DNA from: Euprymna scolopes
Lineage: Eukaryota
NCBI GenBank assembly: GCA_053919585.1
Contig: CM132803.1
Strand: one strand, 5' to 3'
DNA: 64,000 bases
Shown here piece by piece: positions 40,155 to 54,027 of the stretch (position 1 is its first letter; every line of letters starts with the position of its first letter). Both the position numbers and the translations under genes were made by a program. The notes beneath the pieces are model-generated. The model did not search any database. It was not told where the DNA came from and worked only from the letters and a program-made list of their open reading frames with translations.

Positions 40155-40325
40155 AATATTCTTAAATAAAAAAAAATTATAAATTAGTTATCTTTTCTGC
40201 TACACAAATTCTCAAAATATGTCCAGTTTCATATTATTTTTTTCCCCGATTCTTTTATTAAAATACTATCCTTACATAAAAGGGTGTTCACTATTTTATT
40301 ACTGTGGTTATTAAGAAAAAAATTG

Positions 40326-40913
40326 GGCTGACATACATGAGTGAGGCCCCCATAGCGAAATACGCATCAGCTCCGATGTTGTACGTAGCTCGTTAGTTTT
40401 AGGTAATTATTATCAGGAAAATTGGTGCAAGTCCAGATTAGCACTTGTTAGATATATTTTTGGGCAATATCTGTTTTTATTAAATTGTTAGGTGAAAGTA
40501 CAGAATAGGTATAAAACACTTCCCATCCCCATGTTAAGAATGGCTTTCTAAATAATAACACTATAATTTCAGTACGGATCAATAAGTGTATGAGTACCTT
40601 TTATTTTCTTGAATTAAAAAAAACAAAACTACTCGACAAGAACATGACTGTTTTTGTTTTAATAATTATTTTTATTCAAAAATGAAAAATAAAAATAACT
40701 ATAATCTCCAGCCCCCCCCCCCCCGAAAAAAACCTAAGAACAAAATAATCTGAAAAGCGCAAAGTTCAAGCCAAAATAAAAAAAAACAATGCCACATATG
40801 CCAAAATTCTTTCCTTTCTTTTCAGATTAATGATCACTCCCTGAAACGTGCTGCATACAACATCAGAGCCGATGCGTATTTCGCTATGGGGTCCTCACTT
40901 GTGTACGTCAGCC
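40326..40913. mobile_element. MITE with ~70-bp TIRs and 8-bp target-site duplication
   Basis: TIR GGCTGACATACATGAGTGAGGCCCCATAGCGAAATACGCATC... mirrored at 40845-40913; AAAAATTG on both flanks. Confidence 0.88.
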
Positions 40914-41308
40914 AAAAATTGTAATGAAAATACTGCATTCATTATTAAGATAATATGGAAAGCAAAACTTATTTTAAAACTGTTTTAGAAGATAGAATTT
41001 TCCATTACGTAAAAAGCATTTTCTTTGGAAGAATTCATATAGGAGTTCTCCAGACTAAACTGTGAGAGAATAAATTAGAAAATAAAATAGAGATCAATAA
41101 AAAAATATAATATTGAAATAATTCAAGTTACTGAAAAAACTTGCTAAAATTAAGTTTTTTTTTTATTGACATTGAAATATGGCTAAAGTCCTATTTCATT
41201 TTCTCTCATATTTTGAGTAATAAGAATAGTTTATGAATTTATGATTATATTTAACATAAGATATAATACATTAGAATTAGTTGTTTACTTTTCATTTATA
41301 TATTTCAG

Positions 41309-41574
41309 AACTTTACACTTCCCAGTACTGCAATTCTCCATCAAAACGAAGAGGACAATCATCACAAGAGACAGAGATGAGACCATTGGGACAGACTGTC
41401 AACTACCCAAGTGATACAACCATTGTGGCTAGAGGATTCTACACACCAAGTTTTACACAAAACAATGACAACAAAGAGTCTGTGACAGAGGATAGTAACT
41501 CTTCTGACACAAGTCTCCCATCAACAGGAAATATTTATAGAAATCCAAGACCCTTACCACCAGTACCGCAGTAA
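41309..41574 (+). CDS. P4 terminal exon 4
   Basis: ttcAG acceptor in phase 1; LYTSQYCN...RNPRPLPPVPQ*. Confidence 0.9.
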
Positions 41575-41610
41575 AGTTTTAAATGTCTGATATGTATTAA
41601 TACTAACTTG

Positions 41611-41742
41611 NNNNNNNNNNNNNNNNNNNNNNNNNNNNNNNNNNNNNNNNNNNNNNNNNNNNNNNNNNNNNNNNNNNNNNNNNNNNNNNNNNNNNNNNNN
41701 NNNNNNNNNNNNNNNNNNNNNNNNNNNNNNNNNNNNNNNNNN
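41611..41742. other. Assembly gap (N run)
   Basis: N characters. Confidence 1.
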
Positions 41743-42036
41743 CTTTTTATAATGTCACTATTAGCTTATTAAATAAGATATAGTAGAAATAAATTAAAAA
41801 TGAAAAGACTGCTTCATACTGTAAATTTAAATGAAATCATTTTAATAAATTATTCTGATTCAATAGTTATCCAAAAGCAGAAAAATCCAATATTTCATTC
41901 ATTTTTTAAACAATTCAGTCATGCTTATTGAAACAAAGGATAATCTAAAATACATTAGTAACTGCATTGTTTAAGAAGCATGTTCATTCTATTTAAACCA
42001 TTAAAAATAAATTATAGCATTTGGAATTTTAATTTC

Positions 42037-42078
<42 letters not shown>

Positions 42079-42191
42079 GTATTTAAAAATGCTAAATATT
42101 TATATACTTACATGGGAGAAACATTAATTTGATTAACCAAAGAAGCTCCTCATTGTGTTGCTGGGAATGAGAGAAGAAAGAAAACTGAAAA

Positions 42192-42555
42192 GAACAAAGG
42201 AGTGAATAATCCGAATTGCATTTTGGGAGTTACATATGATTTTTTTTTAAATATAGTTTTTATTTAAGAAATGATTTTTATCTCTCATTTAAAAGTATTA
42301 TATTAACTTTTGAATCAATTTTCTAAAAAAAAATATAAAATAATGAGATATAGATTTAATTTCTCTATGATGAGTAGTAGACATTATCAATTGTAGCAGC
42401 CATTAAGCACTCACCACATTCAATAGGACTTCTATCATCTTTCTTAGCTTAATCAAAAAAACTGGACACTTTTACTTTGAATAATATTCTCAGAAAACAG
42501 CTGCAGAAACCAAAATGAAAATGTAACTGAAAATGATACAATTTTACTAACAAAG
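42192..42555 (+). promoter_or_regulatory. P5 promoter module and non-coding exon 1
   Basis: GAACAAAGG 42192, GCATTTTGGGAG 42218, TGTAGCAGCCATT 42392-42404, donor AAG|GTAAGT 42555/42556. Confidence 0.8.
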
Positions 42556-43756
42556 GTAAGTAAACTGTAATTTTCACTTTTTCTAATTAAAATGTTGCGA
42601 AATATTTCAATATAGACACAAAGCAACATGACAGAAGGATTCAGATCTCAGGTTTAGAAACGTTTTCTTTAGGCTTATTATGTCAAAATGTGTTGGTTTT
42701 CTTGTTTATAAAAAAAACAAAAACATTAAAAACCCTAGAAGATTCCAAATAATTTATCAAATATTTAAATGTAAATCTACTGGCTGTTTTCATAGGAATG
42801 TATTGTCCATTGTTTATTTCTGTTTTTATTTTCTGGTGATACCCTATTTTATTTTTATATAACACCAAAATTAAATTGCTTTTTTTGTTTGTATTTTCAA
42901 GCAAGTATAACAGCAAGATTATGAGATGAATATGATTGAGTTTTTAAAAATAATCTATTTTTTAATTAGGAAATACTCTCTAGTATTTAGTTATATAGAT
43001 AACAAGCTCTTTTATAGAAATCAAATTTAGCATGCTATAATAAAATAGTGACATTACTATTATAATAATTTTCAATCATTGATATTAAAATAATTTTAAA
43101 ATATATAACATTTTTAAATATTATGACATAATTTTAGTTAAAGATTGATATGAACTTTCTTTTACAGTTAAATGGTTGATGTATAATAAATAAAGTTTCC
43201 AATGTATTTATTTATCTTTATATAAACTTGTTTTTAAAATTCATTTTTTAATGTAAGTTACATTTCATTATATTTGAAATCAATATTTTCCTTCAGTTGA
43301 AAACCAAACCTATAAAAAAATTATTGCAAAAATTAGAAAAAAAAAGAAAAAAAGAACTATGTGATAAATGTTACACACACAAAAATTAAATTTGTAAAAT
43401 CAAAAGCTTGTAAAAATATCACAAATGAAATTTTTAGAAATAAATTTTCCAATTATAATATTATTAAAATCATGTTTAAATCAATAAATATGTTGTTTAT
43501 GTCAAGGACAATATTAAAAAATATTCATATTTTTAAATGTTTTATGATTTCTATGCATTTAACACTTCTCCATTAATTACAAATAAATATTACAGAGTGA
43601 AAAGTTTGTATACAAATATAGTTCATAAAGATAGATTGTAAGCTTATTTACATATTGTCTGAAATAAAATAATAGTAATAACATTTAAATGAATATCTTA
43701 TGTAAAATAATTCCATGAATATATTTGTTTTAATTTAAATAAATCTAAAAAAAAAT

Positions 43757-44125
43757 GTTTTTGTTTTTTTTTAAATTGCATTTTCACCACAAACAGTATC
43801 AATTTGATGTAGGGTTACTATCTTGGACAGAAATTGTAGGGATACTATGTAGGGAGATGAGCAGCAAGATGTCCGTTTACATTACACACAAACTTCTGCA
43901 TGTCAGTACAGTTGGAGAAGCAGAAACCCAGAAAGAAATTCTAGGGAAGAAACTATTAGAGTAGAAGGCTTTCTGACATCTGGGGATCTGTACTATATAG
44001 AGGTGGTGCTTTGCTGCTTGTCAGATTTGTTGAGTGTATTTAAGTCGAGGGGGTACAAGGGTTTGTAGTTTTTCGGAGTATCTACCATTTAAATACTTCT
44101 AAAACAGGCAGAGGGATGCAACATT
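43757..44125 (-). mobile_element. 3' fragment of a CR1/Jockey-group LINE in P5 intron 1
   Basis: Minus strand reads NVASLCLF*KYLNGRYSEKLQTLVPP...FYSNSFFPR (ORF2 C-terminus-like); T-rich tract at left corresponds to the A tail. Confidence 0.65.
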
Positions 44126-44217
44126 TAATCAATGAGAAGGAGTATTTATTAGTTTAATAATATAAGTTATTTTCTTATATTTCAGATAAACGCACTGAAT
44201 GACCTGAAATCAAAAAC

Positions 44218-46653
44218 ATGATACACATAGGAATTCTATTCTCTATTTTGCATATTGTATTTACTGCGGATCTGACAGTGAAAGTTGAAGAAGGGAAAAG
44301 TCCTGGCACTTACCTTGGAGACATTGCTGCCGATTCTAATGTGATGGATGATGTGGCCATACAAGATCAAAATCTCATTGCATTCAGTCTTATGGAACAG
44401 GATGGAACAAGCAGCTCTCCATTATTCCGGATTTCTAAAAATACAGGAAAACTTTATACAGCACAAACATTGGATGCAGAGTCATTGTGCACATTCTACA
44501 AAGAATGTTTTCTAATGGTTGATGTTGCTGTTCAAAAATCTAAAAGGATTATGAAAATACTTGAAGTAAAAGTAATAATACAAGACATTAATGATCATCA
44601 ACCAGAATTTCCTGATAAACAAGTGAACATAAAATTTTCTGAGGGAGATATCACAGGAACAAAAATATCAATTCCTAATGCTGTTGACAAAGATATTGGA
44701 ATTATCAATTCTCAGATTACTTATGAACTAAAGAAATATAAAGATGAACCATTTGATTTGTCCGTTTCCAAAAATATTGATCAAACTGCTGATCTCTATA
44801 TTATTCTGAAAGAAAGATTGGACAGAGAAGTGAAAGAAAGCTACATGGTAAAAGTCATTGCTAAAGATGGTGGATCTCCTTCTAAACAAAGTATTTTAGA
44901 TGTTCACATTTCAGTTGCAGATGTGAATGATAATCCTCCTGTTTTCTCACAAAATCTTTATAATGTCACAATCAAAAATGAACCAAGTGAAACTTCTTCT
45001 ATTGCAACTTTATCTGCCACAGATTTAGATTCTGGAAAAAATGGAAGAGTCACTTATCATTTCAGTACAAAAACATCTGATGTTGCGAAAAGTCATTTTA
45101 AATTAAATCAACAAACTGGACAGATTTTCTTAGAAAAGAAATTTACATTGAGTAACATGCTGACTTATAACTTATTTGTGGAGGCTACTGATGGTGGCAA
45201 TCCTCCCTTAACAGCTAAATCAATGATCATTGTAAATGTTGTTAATAATCAAAATAATCCACCAACAATTCACTTAAAATTTTTGGCAGCATCTGGAAAA
45301 GATTCAACATCTGTTTCTGAAAATATTGAGGTGGGAAGTTCCATTGCATATGTAAAAGTGACTGATCATGATGTTGGACAAAATGGAGAAGTGAGTTGCA
45401 ATCTGCATTATGATAAATTTAAACTACAAAGTCTCGACACTAAAAAATACCAAGTAATTGTGAAAAAAGCATTGGATAGAGAAAGAGAGGCAAAGCATGA
45501 AATTATCATCAGCTGTCAAGATAAAGGATCTCCTCCACTGCAAAGTAAGAGTAAGTTCTCCATCAAAGTCACCGATGTGAATGATGTAAGGCCACAGTTC
45601 TCTATGGAGACATTTAAGTTCTTGATTGAAGAGAATGAGAAGTCGAGATTTTCTGTTGGCTTCATCAATGCAACAGACCCAGACCTGGGAGTTGGAGGGA
45701 AACTCACCTATTCTCTGCTCACAAATAACAAACAGTTTTTACCTTTCAAAATCAAAGATGATGGCATGATTTCAGCTATTATGTCACTGGATCATGAGTT
45801 TCAAAACATTTACAAGTTTCAAGTATTTGTGAAAGATAATGGAATCCCATCTCTCAATAATACAGTCAACGTCATTGTTGAAGTGACTGATAAAAATGAT
45901 AATGCTCCGTATTTTACATTTCCCAGTGTCAATCCTTATAACATGGATGTTGTATATTACCGGCATCATTCAAAGAACATCACTTGTGTAAAGGCAGCTG
46001 ATGGAGATAGTCAAGAGAATGCATTTCTAAAATATGAAATAATCAGAGGCAATGACAAGCAGATGTTCACCATCAACCAGTACACTGGTTTGTTAACTTT
46101 CAATCGGGCACTTGCGCAACAAGACGCTGGTTCCTATGAGCTAGTGTTTGTTGTCAAGGATAGTGGTAGTCCAGTTCTATCAGCAACAACTAGTATGTTT
46201 TTCACTGTGACTGTAAGCAACAAGACATCAGAAATGCTAAGTGCCGTTCATACAATCACTGAAGATAAAGTTGATCTTACATCAGTTATTATTATTACGG
46301 TTGTAGCAGTGACTGTAGCAGTCATCATTACTGCTTCAATCTCGGTGTGTATCATTCGCTGTAATGATCAGAGAAATGTCACATATGCCCATGCAATGGC
46401 ACCAGCTAATGTAGGTGTTGTTGGTCCAAGTGGCAGATATATGAGTGATCAGAGACATTTGATGTGTCCTTCAAAGCAGGGAATATCTTGGCCAACTGCT
46501 GTCAATGTAAACAAAGGCCAAACAGACAAAACAAGAAATGCACACATAAACCAAACCAGCAGAGAATCCCATCCTCTAGAAAAGCTTCCCAGTCAGCAAC
46601 AGAGATCAGCTTCTTTACCTCAGAATCAAACACAGCTTCAAGATTCTCACCAG
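44218..46653 (+). CDS. Protocadherin P5 large exon
   Basis: Acceptor at 44185; 6 EC plus TM; donor CAG|GTAGTA at 46653. Confidence 0.95.
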
Positions 46654-47825
46654 GTAGTACCTTCTATTTGTACAATTATATTTCATATTAACAATTGTAA
46701 ATTTATCTATTCATATAAATAAATGCTAGAATTTTAATAATATTTATAGTACTTTTATCGTACATATTCTAATTAAATATTTTATTATAAAATTAAATCT
46801 GTATTCTTAAGTTTATAAATTTTTGTTCTTCCTTTTTCATTAATACATTTTTAAATTTCTTCAGTTCATTTTTGTACTATCTGTATTTAACTTTTACTTG
46901 ATGCATTATAATTTAAAAAAAATTGATCTCGTTTTTGTATTTATTTATAAATTGAAAGTATTTTAGAATCAGTACAATATTAAAATCCTCAGTGTCTTCA
47001 CTTTTAATTGGTTACTGTATTAGAATTTTAATTGTCCTTTAAATCCTTCTCCTACTACTCATATATGTATTGTTTCCTCTTGCTTAACCAGAATTTACAT
47101 AATAAAATTGTACTTACTGTCTTTATGTTGGAAAAATTAATCAGAATTAAGAATCAGGTTATTTTAGGTATCAGAATTTTTTTTAGCCTAATTTCAAATT
47201 CCAAAAATGCTTCTTTCAATCTTTTTTTTGTTTAAAACTTACTTTTCTATTGCTTATACTAATGATAAAATGATAAATATTTATGGTTTTTAAACTACTA
47301 GTAAAACTAAAATCTCTATACCTAAATAAAAAATATATAAATCTATATAAAAAGGAATTTATGTAAAAATGGTATTGAAGAAATGGTTCCCACAAAAATG
47401 ATATATAAAATATTTATGTCAGTAAAGGTTCTTTTCAAATCTGAAAAATTATAGAACTGGAAATTATCTTCAGTTTTTTTGTAGTACTAAACACAACAGA
47501 TGGCCTAAATATTTGTGCGACAAAACACTAGTCTGTCACAAAGCTGCAATTCTCAATGCCTTCGTAGCATGTTTAGCAAAATAATGTTTGAGCTACACAT
47601 GACATTATTTAGAAGGTTAGCATCTATAACGGATATTAAACTAGGTCATATACGGTAAAACAGCTGAAACATTGTGATTATAACTATGATAAGAACACTT
47701 CTAGTATGAATACATATAATGTAAAATAGAATTTCTCATCTACAAAATTCACAAGAAGACATTTGAAAGTTTTAATATTCATATAATTACAAAAGTGAAT
47801 TTAAAGTTATATCATTTCTTTTTAG

Positions 47826-47976
47826 CCAATTCACTCTTTGGAACTGAACTCAAGAAGTAAAACTTACCAAACAAGTTCTCAAGAATATCTCAATCATCCT
47901 TCCCCAAAATTGACAAGTGCTGATTGTAAAAATAGCAGAAAAGGGGCCAACCTTAAACAGGACTATGAAGTTGGAG
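47826..47976 (+). CDS. P5 cytoplasmic exon 3 (PIHSLELNSRSKTYQTSSQEYLNHPSPKL...YEVG)
   Basis: tttAG acceptor, g|GTAAGT donor, 151 nt open frame. Confidence 0.86.
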
Positions 47977-49144
47977 GTAAGTAATAAAATGATGCTTTTC
48001 TCTCTGTTTTTTAATTGATTTTTATTTTTCCTGTTTCATAAACTTTCAGCATTTAATTTTTTGATTTTATTATTAATTGAATTAAGAAATGCAATAGTGT
48101 AAACTGAAACACACCTTTTAAAAATCTTATTTGAAATAATAATTTAATTTCCAAAAAACGTTTGCTTCTCATCTATATATCGATATTTTTTCATACCTGA
48201 TATTTAAAAAAAAAACATTTTGATTTTTGTTTTGACAGTTCACACTATACAAATTAGAACTTTCTTGAAATTTTACAAGACTTTATTTTCACACCACATT
48301 AATAAAACATATGTACCATCCGTATAATTTTTTTTTTTTTTTAAATTAAATGAAGGCGGAGAAGATTCTTGTCAACCAATTTGTAAATTTTCTTTTCTCT
48401 TTTTAGACATATCATAAAATGATTTTACAATGTTCAGGGCTGAACTATGAATATGTTTTTAAACTTTTACATTCACATTAATCTGGTACTATTAAATCCC
48501 ATTTGATGAAGAAGCTGGTATTTTTAAATGTTAGTCTTTGTGTTCAAGAAAACATTCTTGAAATAAGGACATGTTTCTATATGGGAATGTTATTAAGTTC
48601 TGAGCAAAGTATTGCATAATGAATGAAGTATTTTTGAAAAATAAAAAGATTTTAAATGATTACAGTTTGAATACTTAGAAAATTGTTTAAAAATAAAATA
48701 TATTACGGTGTGATATATCGGATGATATTAAAAATATTACTCAAATTTGATCATGGTCTATGAATATTTTGTTCACAAAAATCAGTTTTTAATGAAATAT
48801 CCTGAAAAATCAATACTTACTTGTGAAAATAAAGATACACATCACTAAATTTGTACAAATTATTTATATTCCTTAAGTACTTCATAAGTTCCAACATGGG
48901 AACATTGGTAGTTTTTTAAATGTGAAATCTTTTTATTTGTCACTCTTTAAATTTAAACATAATTTCTTTTAAAAGTTAATACATGGTAGCATAATTCAGA
49001 TATAAAAAGATTAATTCATAGGATTTTTAATTTGTTATATCAATTTTTGCAATAAAAAAGTTTTAATACGTATATTTAACTTCTAAAATAATTTTTATTT
49101 TATAATTTGTGATGATATTACTGTTGATTGCATCTATTTTTCAG

Positions 49145-49410
49145 AAGTTTATACTTCCCAGTATTGTAATTCTCCATCAAAAGAAAGAAGGTTGCCAGCA
49201 CAAGACACAGAGATGAGGCCATTGGGACAGACTGTCAACTATCCAAGTGATACAACCATTGTGGCCAGGGGATTTTATACACCAACTCTTTCACAAAACA
49301 ATGACATTAAAGATTCTGTGACAGAGGACAGTAATTCTTCTGATATAAGTCAGCAGTCAGTGGGAAATCTTTATAGAAACCCAAGACCTTTACCCCCAGT
49401 ACCACAGTAA
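49145..49410 (+). CDS. P5 terminal exon 4
   Basis: ttcAG acceptor in phase 1; VYTSQYCN...LYRNPRPLPPVPQ*. Confidence 0.9.
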
Positions 49411-49909
49411 TTGCTGCAGTTTATACATTATACTTCAATAATTATTTAATTCTTTTAAAGTGTTATTTAACATGAAGAAAAATTAATTTATTTGCAATTT
49501 TTTTTTCAAATATTAAAAATATACTTTTCTCAAAAATTAAATCAAAAGAATAGGATTAAATAAAATATCATTTTTAGAAAAAAATGTCATATTTTATACA
49601 TCAAATGATTATCTTAAATACAACAACTTACATTTTTTTCATAAAACGATTTTCGTTTCTTAAAAACAAAGAATAGTTATAAAAGTGACAGGCATTTAAA
49701 ATGAATAGCTGCATTAATCTTATGGTATTGACAAAAATTCCCAAAACAGACCCAAGTATGATTTTTCTGTCAGCTGAAGATGTATTTTGTATACTGTTGA
49801 TAATTGCACAGACTATTTTATACTTACATTAATTACAGATGAAGATGCTTTTATGCTATAGAGAGCCACCATGTTTTAGAGAAGGAGAAAGAAGAAAGCA
49901 GGCAGCAAG

Positions 49910-50282
49910 GAACAAAGGATTGAATTGACACAATGCATTTTGGGAATTAAAAATGAATTTCATTTATTTTTAAAATTTATAATTAAATACACATTTATTT
50001 CCAAATATTTATGCATTTAGGAGAATTTTATGAAAAAAAAAAAGAATAATTAAAATTAATTATGTTGGCTTTGTTTTCTTTATGATGAATAGTAGTTGTC
50101 GTTTATAGTAGCAGCCATTGTACATACATCACATTCACTAGGATTCCTACTTACTGTCTCAACTAAACATAAAGGATGGATCCCTGACTGAATGATTTTC
50201 TTTTAAACAATTGCTGCATAAGATATAGTAACAGCATCAATTCCATTGTATTTTAATTAGACAATCATTCTTTGCTACAAAG
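49910..50282 (+). promoter_or_regulatory. P6 promoter module and non-coding exon 1
   Basis: GAACAAAGG 49910, GCATTTTGGGA 49935, GTAGCAGCCATT 50108-50119, donor AAG|GTAAGT 50282/50283. Confidence 0.8.
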
Positions 50283-50504
50283 GTAAGTACATTTAATCAT
50301 TCTGTTTTTTGTTTGGATGTCAACGACATATAGGAAAATGCATTCTAGTCTATACTTCCCAGTACTGTAATTTTCCATCTTGCTAAACATTTGATATAAG
50401 AAAATTTTGATTTAAAGAGTGTGAATTTATAAATTTATAAACTGCATATTTTAATATTATTTTCTTTATACTTCTAAATATTTGTAGACAGTTTGTTATT
50501 AATA

Positions 50505-50677
50505 GTGAAGTTCAACATAAACAAATTCCTGATGAACCACCACACTTTATCAAATCTCCAATACTAACAATTACTACAATACTATCCCATTGATTACTGT
50601 ACACACATTAACCCTTATTCCGAGTGGCTTCTGGGCCTTGATAAGTGGTGATCACCATGTAAAAAAAAAAAAAAAAA
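50505..50677 (+). mobile_element. Short 3'-end LINE fragment with poly(A), related to the 3' end of the 8308-9769 element
   Basis: TTACTGTACACACATTAACCCT resembles TTACTGTATACTCATTAACCCT at ~9671; ends in a long A run. Confidence 0.6.
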
Positions 50678-51096
50678 GAACTGTTAGATAAACAAACATG
50701 ATGGAAAATACATTTCTAATATATCGATTTTTTTAATATGGTTTATGCTTTGAAGCAATATTAAATATAATTTAATTCTAGATATAATGTAAAATTCACA
50801 TAAAATTTCATTTATAATTGTAAGAAAAATGTTTAGCCTTCTAATAGAAGTCAGAAATTGTATTTTATAAATAATATTTTAAACATTGCTTTAAGATGTA
50901 AATTGATAAAAAACATTTTAAAATATATATATGAAAAATATTGTTTAAAAAAGATTGAATTCTGATCAAATTTGAATAAGAATTTAATAAGAATTCAAAT
51001 TTTATGGAAATTTACAGCTTATAACAAAATTTGTTTTAAATTTCAGGGTCGAACTGCCACATATCTTAAAAAGGAATCTGATTTCACTACAAAAAT

Positions 51097-53535
51097 ATGT
51101 TGATTCAAATATGGATTCTGCTCTCATTCCTACACATTTGTAATAGTGTAGATTTGACATTCAAAGTTGAAGAAGGTAAAAGTCCTGGCACTTACCTTGG
51201 AGACATTGCTGCCGATTCTAATGTGATGGATGATGTGGCCATACAAGATCAAAATCTCATTTCATTCAGTCTTATGGAACAAGATGGAACAAGCAGCTCT
51301 CCATTATTCCGGATTTCTAAAAATACAGGAAAACTTTATACAGCACAAACATTGGATGCTGAATCTCTGTGTACTTATGGAAAAGAATGTTTCTTAATGG
51401 TTGATGTTGCAGTTCAGAAATCTAAAAGGATTATGAAAATTTTAGAAATCAAAATAATAATTGAGGATGTAAATGATCATCAACCAGAATTTCCTGATAA
51501 ACAAGTGACCGTTCTGTTTGAAGAAAATTATAAAAAAGGAACACAAGTTTTAATTCCAAATGCTATTGACAAAGATATTGGAGATATCAATTCACAAATA
51601 ACTTATGATCTTAAAAAATATAAAGATGAACCATTCGGGTTATCTGTTTCAAAAAATGTTGATGGCACATCAGACTTATATATGATACAAAAGGAGAGCT
51701 TAGACAGAGAAGTGAAAGAAAGCTACATGGTAAAAGTCATTGCTAAAGATGGTGGATCTCCTTCTAAACAAAGTATTTTAGATGTTCACATTTCAGTTGC
51801 AGATGTGAATGATAATCCTCCTGTCTTCTCACAAAATCTTTATAATGTCACAATCAAAAATGAACCAAGTGAAACTTCTTCTATTGCAACTTTATCTGCC
51901 ACAGATTTAGATTCTGGTAAAAATGGAAGAGTCACTTATCATTTCAGTACAAAAACATCTGATGTTGCTAAAAGTCATTTTAAATTAAATCAACAAACTG
52001 GACAGATTTTCTTAGAAAAGAAATTTACATTGAGTAACATGCTGACTTATAACTTATTTGTGGAGGCTACTGATGGTGGCAATCCTCCCTTAACAGCTAA
52101 ATCAATGATCATTGTAAATGTTGTTAATAATCAAAATAATCCACCAACAATTCATCTAAAATTTTTGGCAGCATCTGGAAAAGATTCAACATCTGTTTCT
52201 GAAAACATTGAGGTGGGAAGTTCCATTGCATATGTAAAAGTGACTGATCATGATGTTGGACAAAATGGAGAAGTGAGTTGCAATCTGCATTATGATAAAT
52301 TTAAACTACAAAGTCTCGACACTAAGAAATACCAAGTAATTGTGAAAAAAGCATTGGATAGAGAAAGAGAGGCAAAGCATGAAATTATTATCAGCTGTCA
52401 AGATAAAGGATCTCCTCCACTGCAAAGTAAGAGTAAGTTCTCCATCAAAGTCACCGATGTGAATGATGTAAGGCCACAGTTCTCTATGGAGACATTTAAG
52501 TTCTTGATTGAAGAGAATGAGAAGTCAAGATTTTCTGTTGGCTTCATCAATGCAACAGACCCAGACCTGGGAGTTGGAGGGAAACTCACCTATTCTCTGC
52601 TCACAAATAACAAACAGTTTTTACCTTTCAAAATCAAAGATGATGGCATGATTTCAGCCATTATGTCACTGGATCATGAGTTTCAAAACATTTACAAGTT
52701 TCAAGTATTTGTGAAAGATAATGGAATCCCATCTCTCAATAATACAGTCAACGTCATTGTTGAAGTGACTGATAAAAATGATAATGCTCCGTATTTTACA
52801 TTTCCCAGTGTCAATCCTTATAACATGGATGTTGTATATTACCGGCATCATTCAAAGAACATCACTTGTGTAAAGGCAGCTGATGGAGATAGTCAAGAGA
52901 ATGCATTTCTAAAATATGAAATAATCAGAGGCAATGACAAGCAGATGTTCGCCATCAACCAGTACACTGGTTTGTTAACTTTCAATCGCGTGCTTGCGCA
53001 ACAAGATGCTGGTTCCTATGAGCTAGTGTTTGTTGTCAAGGATAGTGGTAGCCCAGTTCTATCAGCAACAACTAGTATGTTTTTCACTGTCACTGTAAGC
53101 AACAAGACATCAGAAATGCTAAGTGCCGTTCATACAATCACTGAAGATAAAGTTGATCTTACATCAGTCATTATTATTACGGTTGTAGCAGTGACTGTAG
53201 CAGTCATCATTACTGCTTCAATCTCGGTATGTATCATTCGCTGTAATGACCAGAGAAATGTCACATATGCTCATGCAATGGCACCAGCCAATGTGGGTGT
53301 TGTTGGTCCAAGTGGCAGATATATGAGTGATCAGAGACATTTGATGTGTCCTTCAAAGCAAGGAATATCTTGGCCAACTGCTGTCAATGTAAACCAAAGT
53401 CAAACAGATAAAATAAGAAATGCACATATCAACCAAACCAGCAGAGAATCCAATCCCACAGAAAAGCTTCCCAGTCAGCAACAAAGATCAGCTTCTCTGC
53501 CACAGGCTAAAACCCAATTACAAGCTGAATCTAAA
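51097..53535 (+). CDS. Protocadherin P6 large exon
   Basis: Acceptor at 51046; 6 EC plus TM; donor AAA|GTAAGT at 53535. Confidence 0.95.
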
Positions 53536-53870
53536 GTAAGTAATATATTTTTCCTATATATACATCTTTTATGTGTGATATCTTGATTGATAGAATAGTT
53601 TAAAAACTTATTTTATTATTTTGTTGTATAAATTCAAATATTTTAGAACTCTCTTTTTATAGAGATATACATTTTACTTGGGTAATGTTTTATTGAAGTA
53701 TTACAGATATAATTTTATTTTAATGTTTGTATTTCTTTATTATATTATCAATAGACTTCTTTATTAAATTATCCTTCCTGAATTTTTCCTCAATAAGTAT
53801 TTAATTTTGGTTATTTCATAGTTGCAATCCATAACAAATTTTCAATATAATTTTTTTTTCTATTCAACAG

Positions 53871-54027
53871 CCTCATGTCCATGATGAGTCAATGATCCCT
53901 AAAAATCTTCAAAATGAACAAGCTAGTTCAATTGAATATCTCAATTATCCCTCTCCAAAATTATCACGTACCAATAATAAACAGAGGAGAAATGATACAA
54001 ACATAAGACAAAATGAAACTATTTCTG
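53871..54027 (+). CDS. P6 cytoplasmic exon 3 (PHVHDESMIPKNLQNEQASSIEYLNYPSPKL...ETIS)
   Basis: caacAG acceptor, g|GTAAGA donor, 157 nt open frame. Confidence 0.87.
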
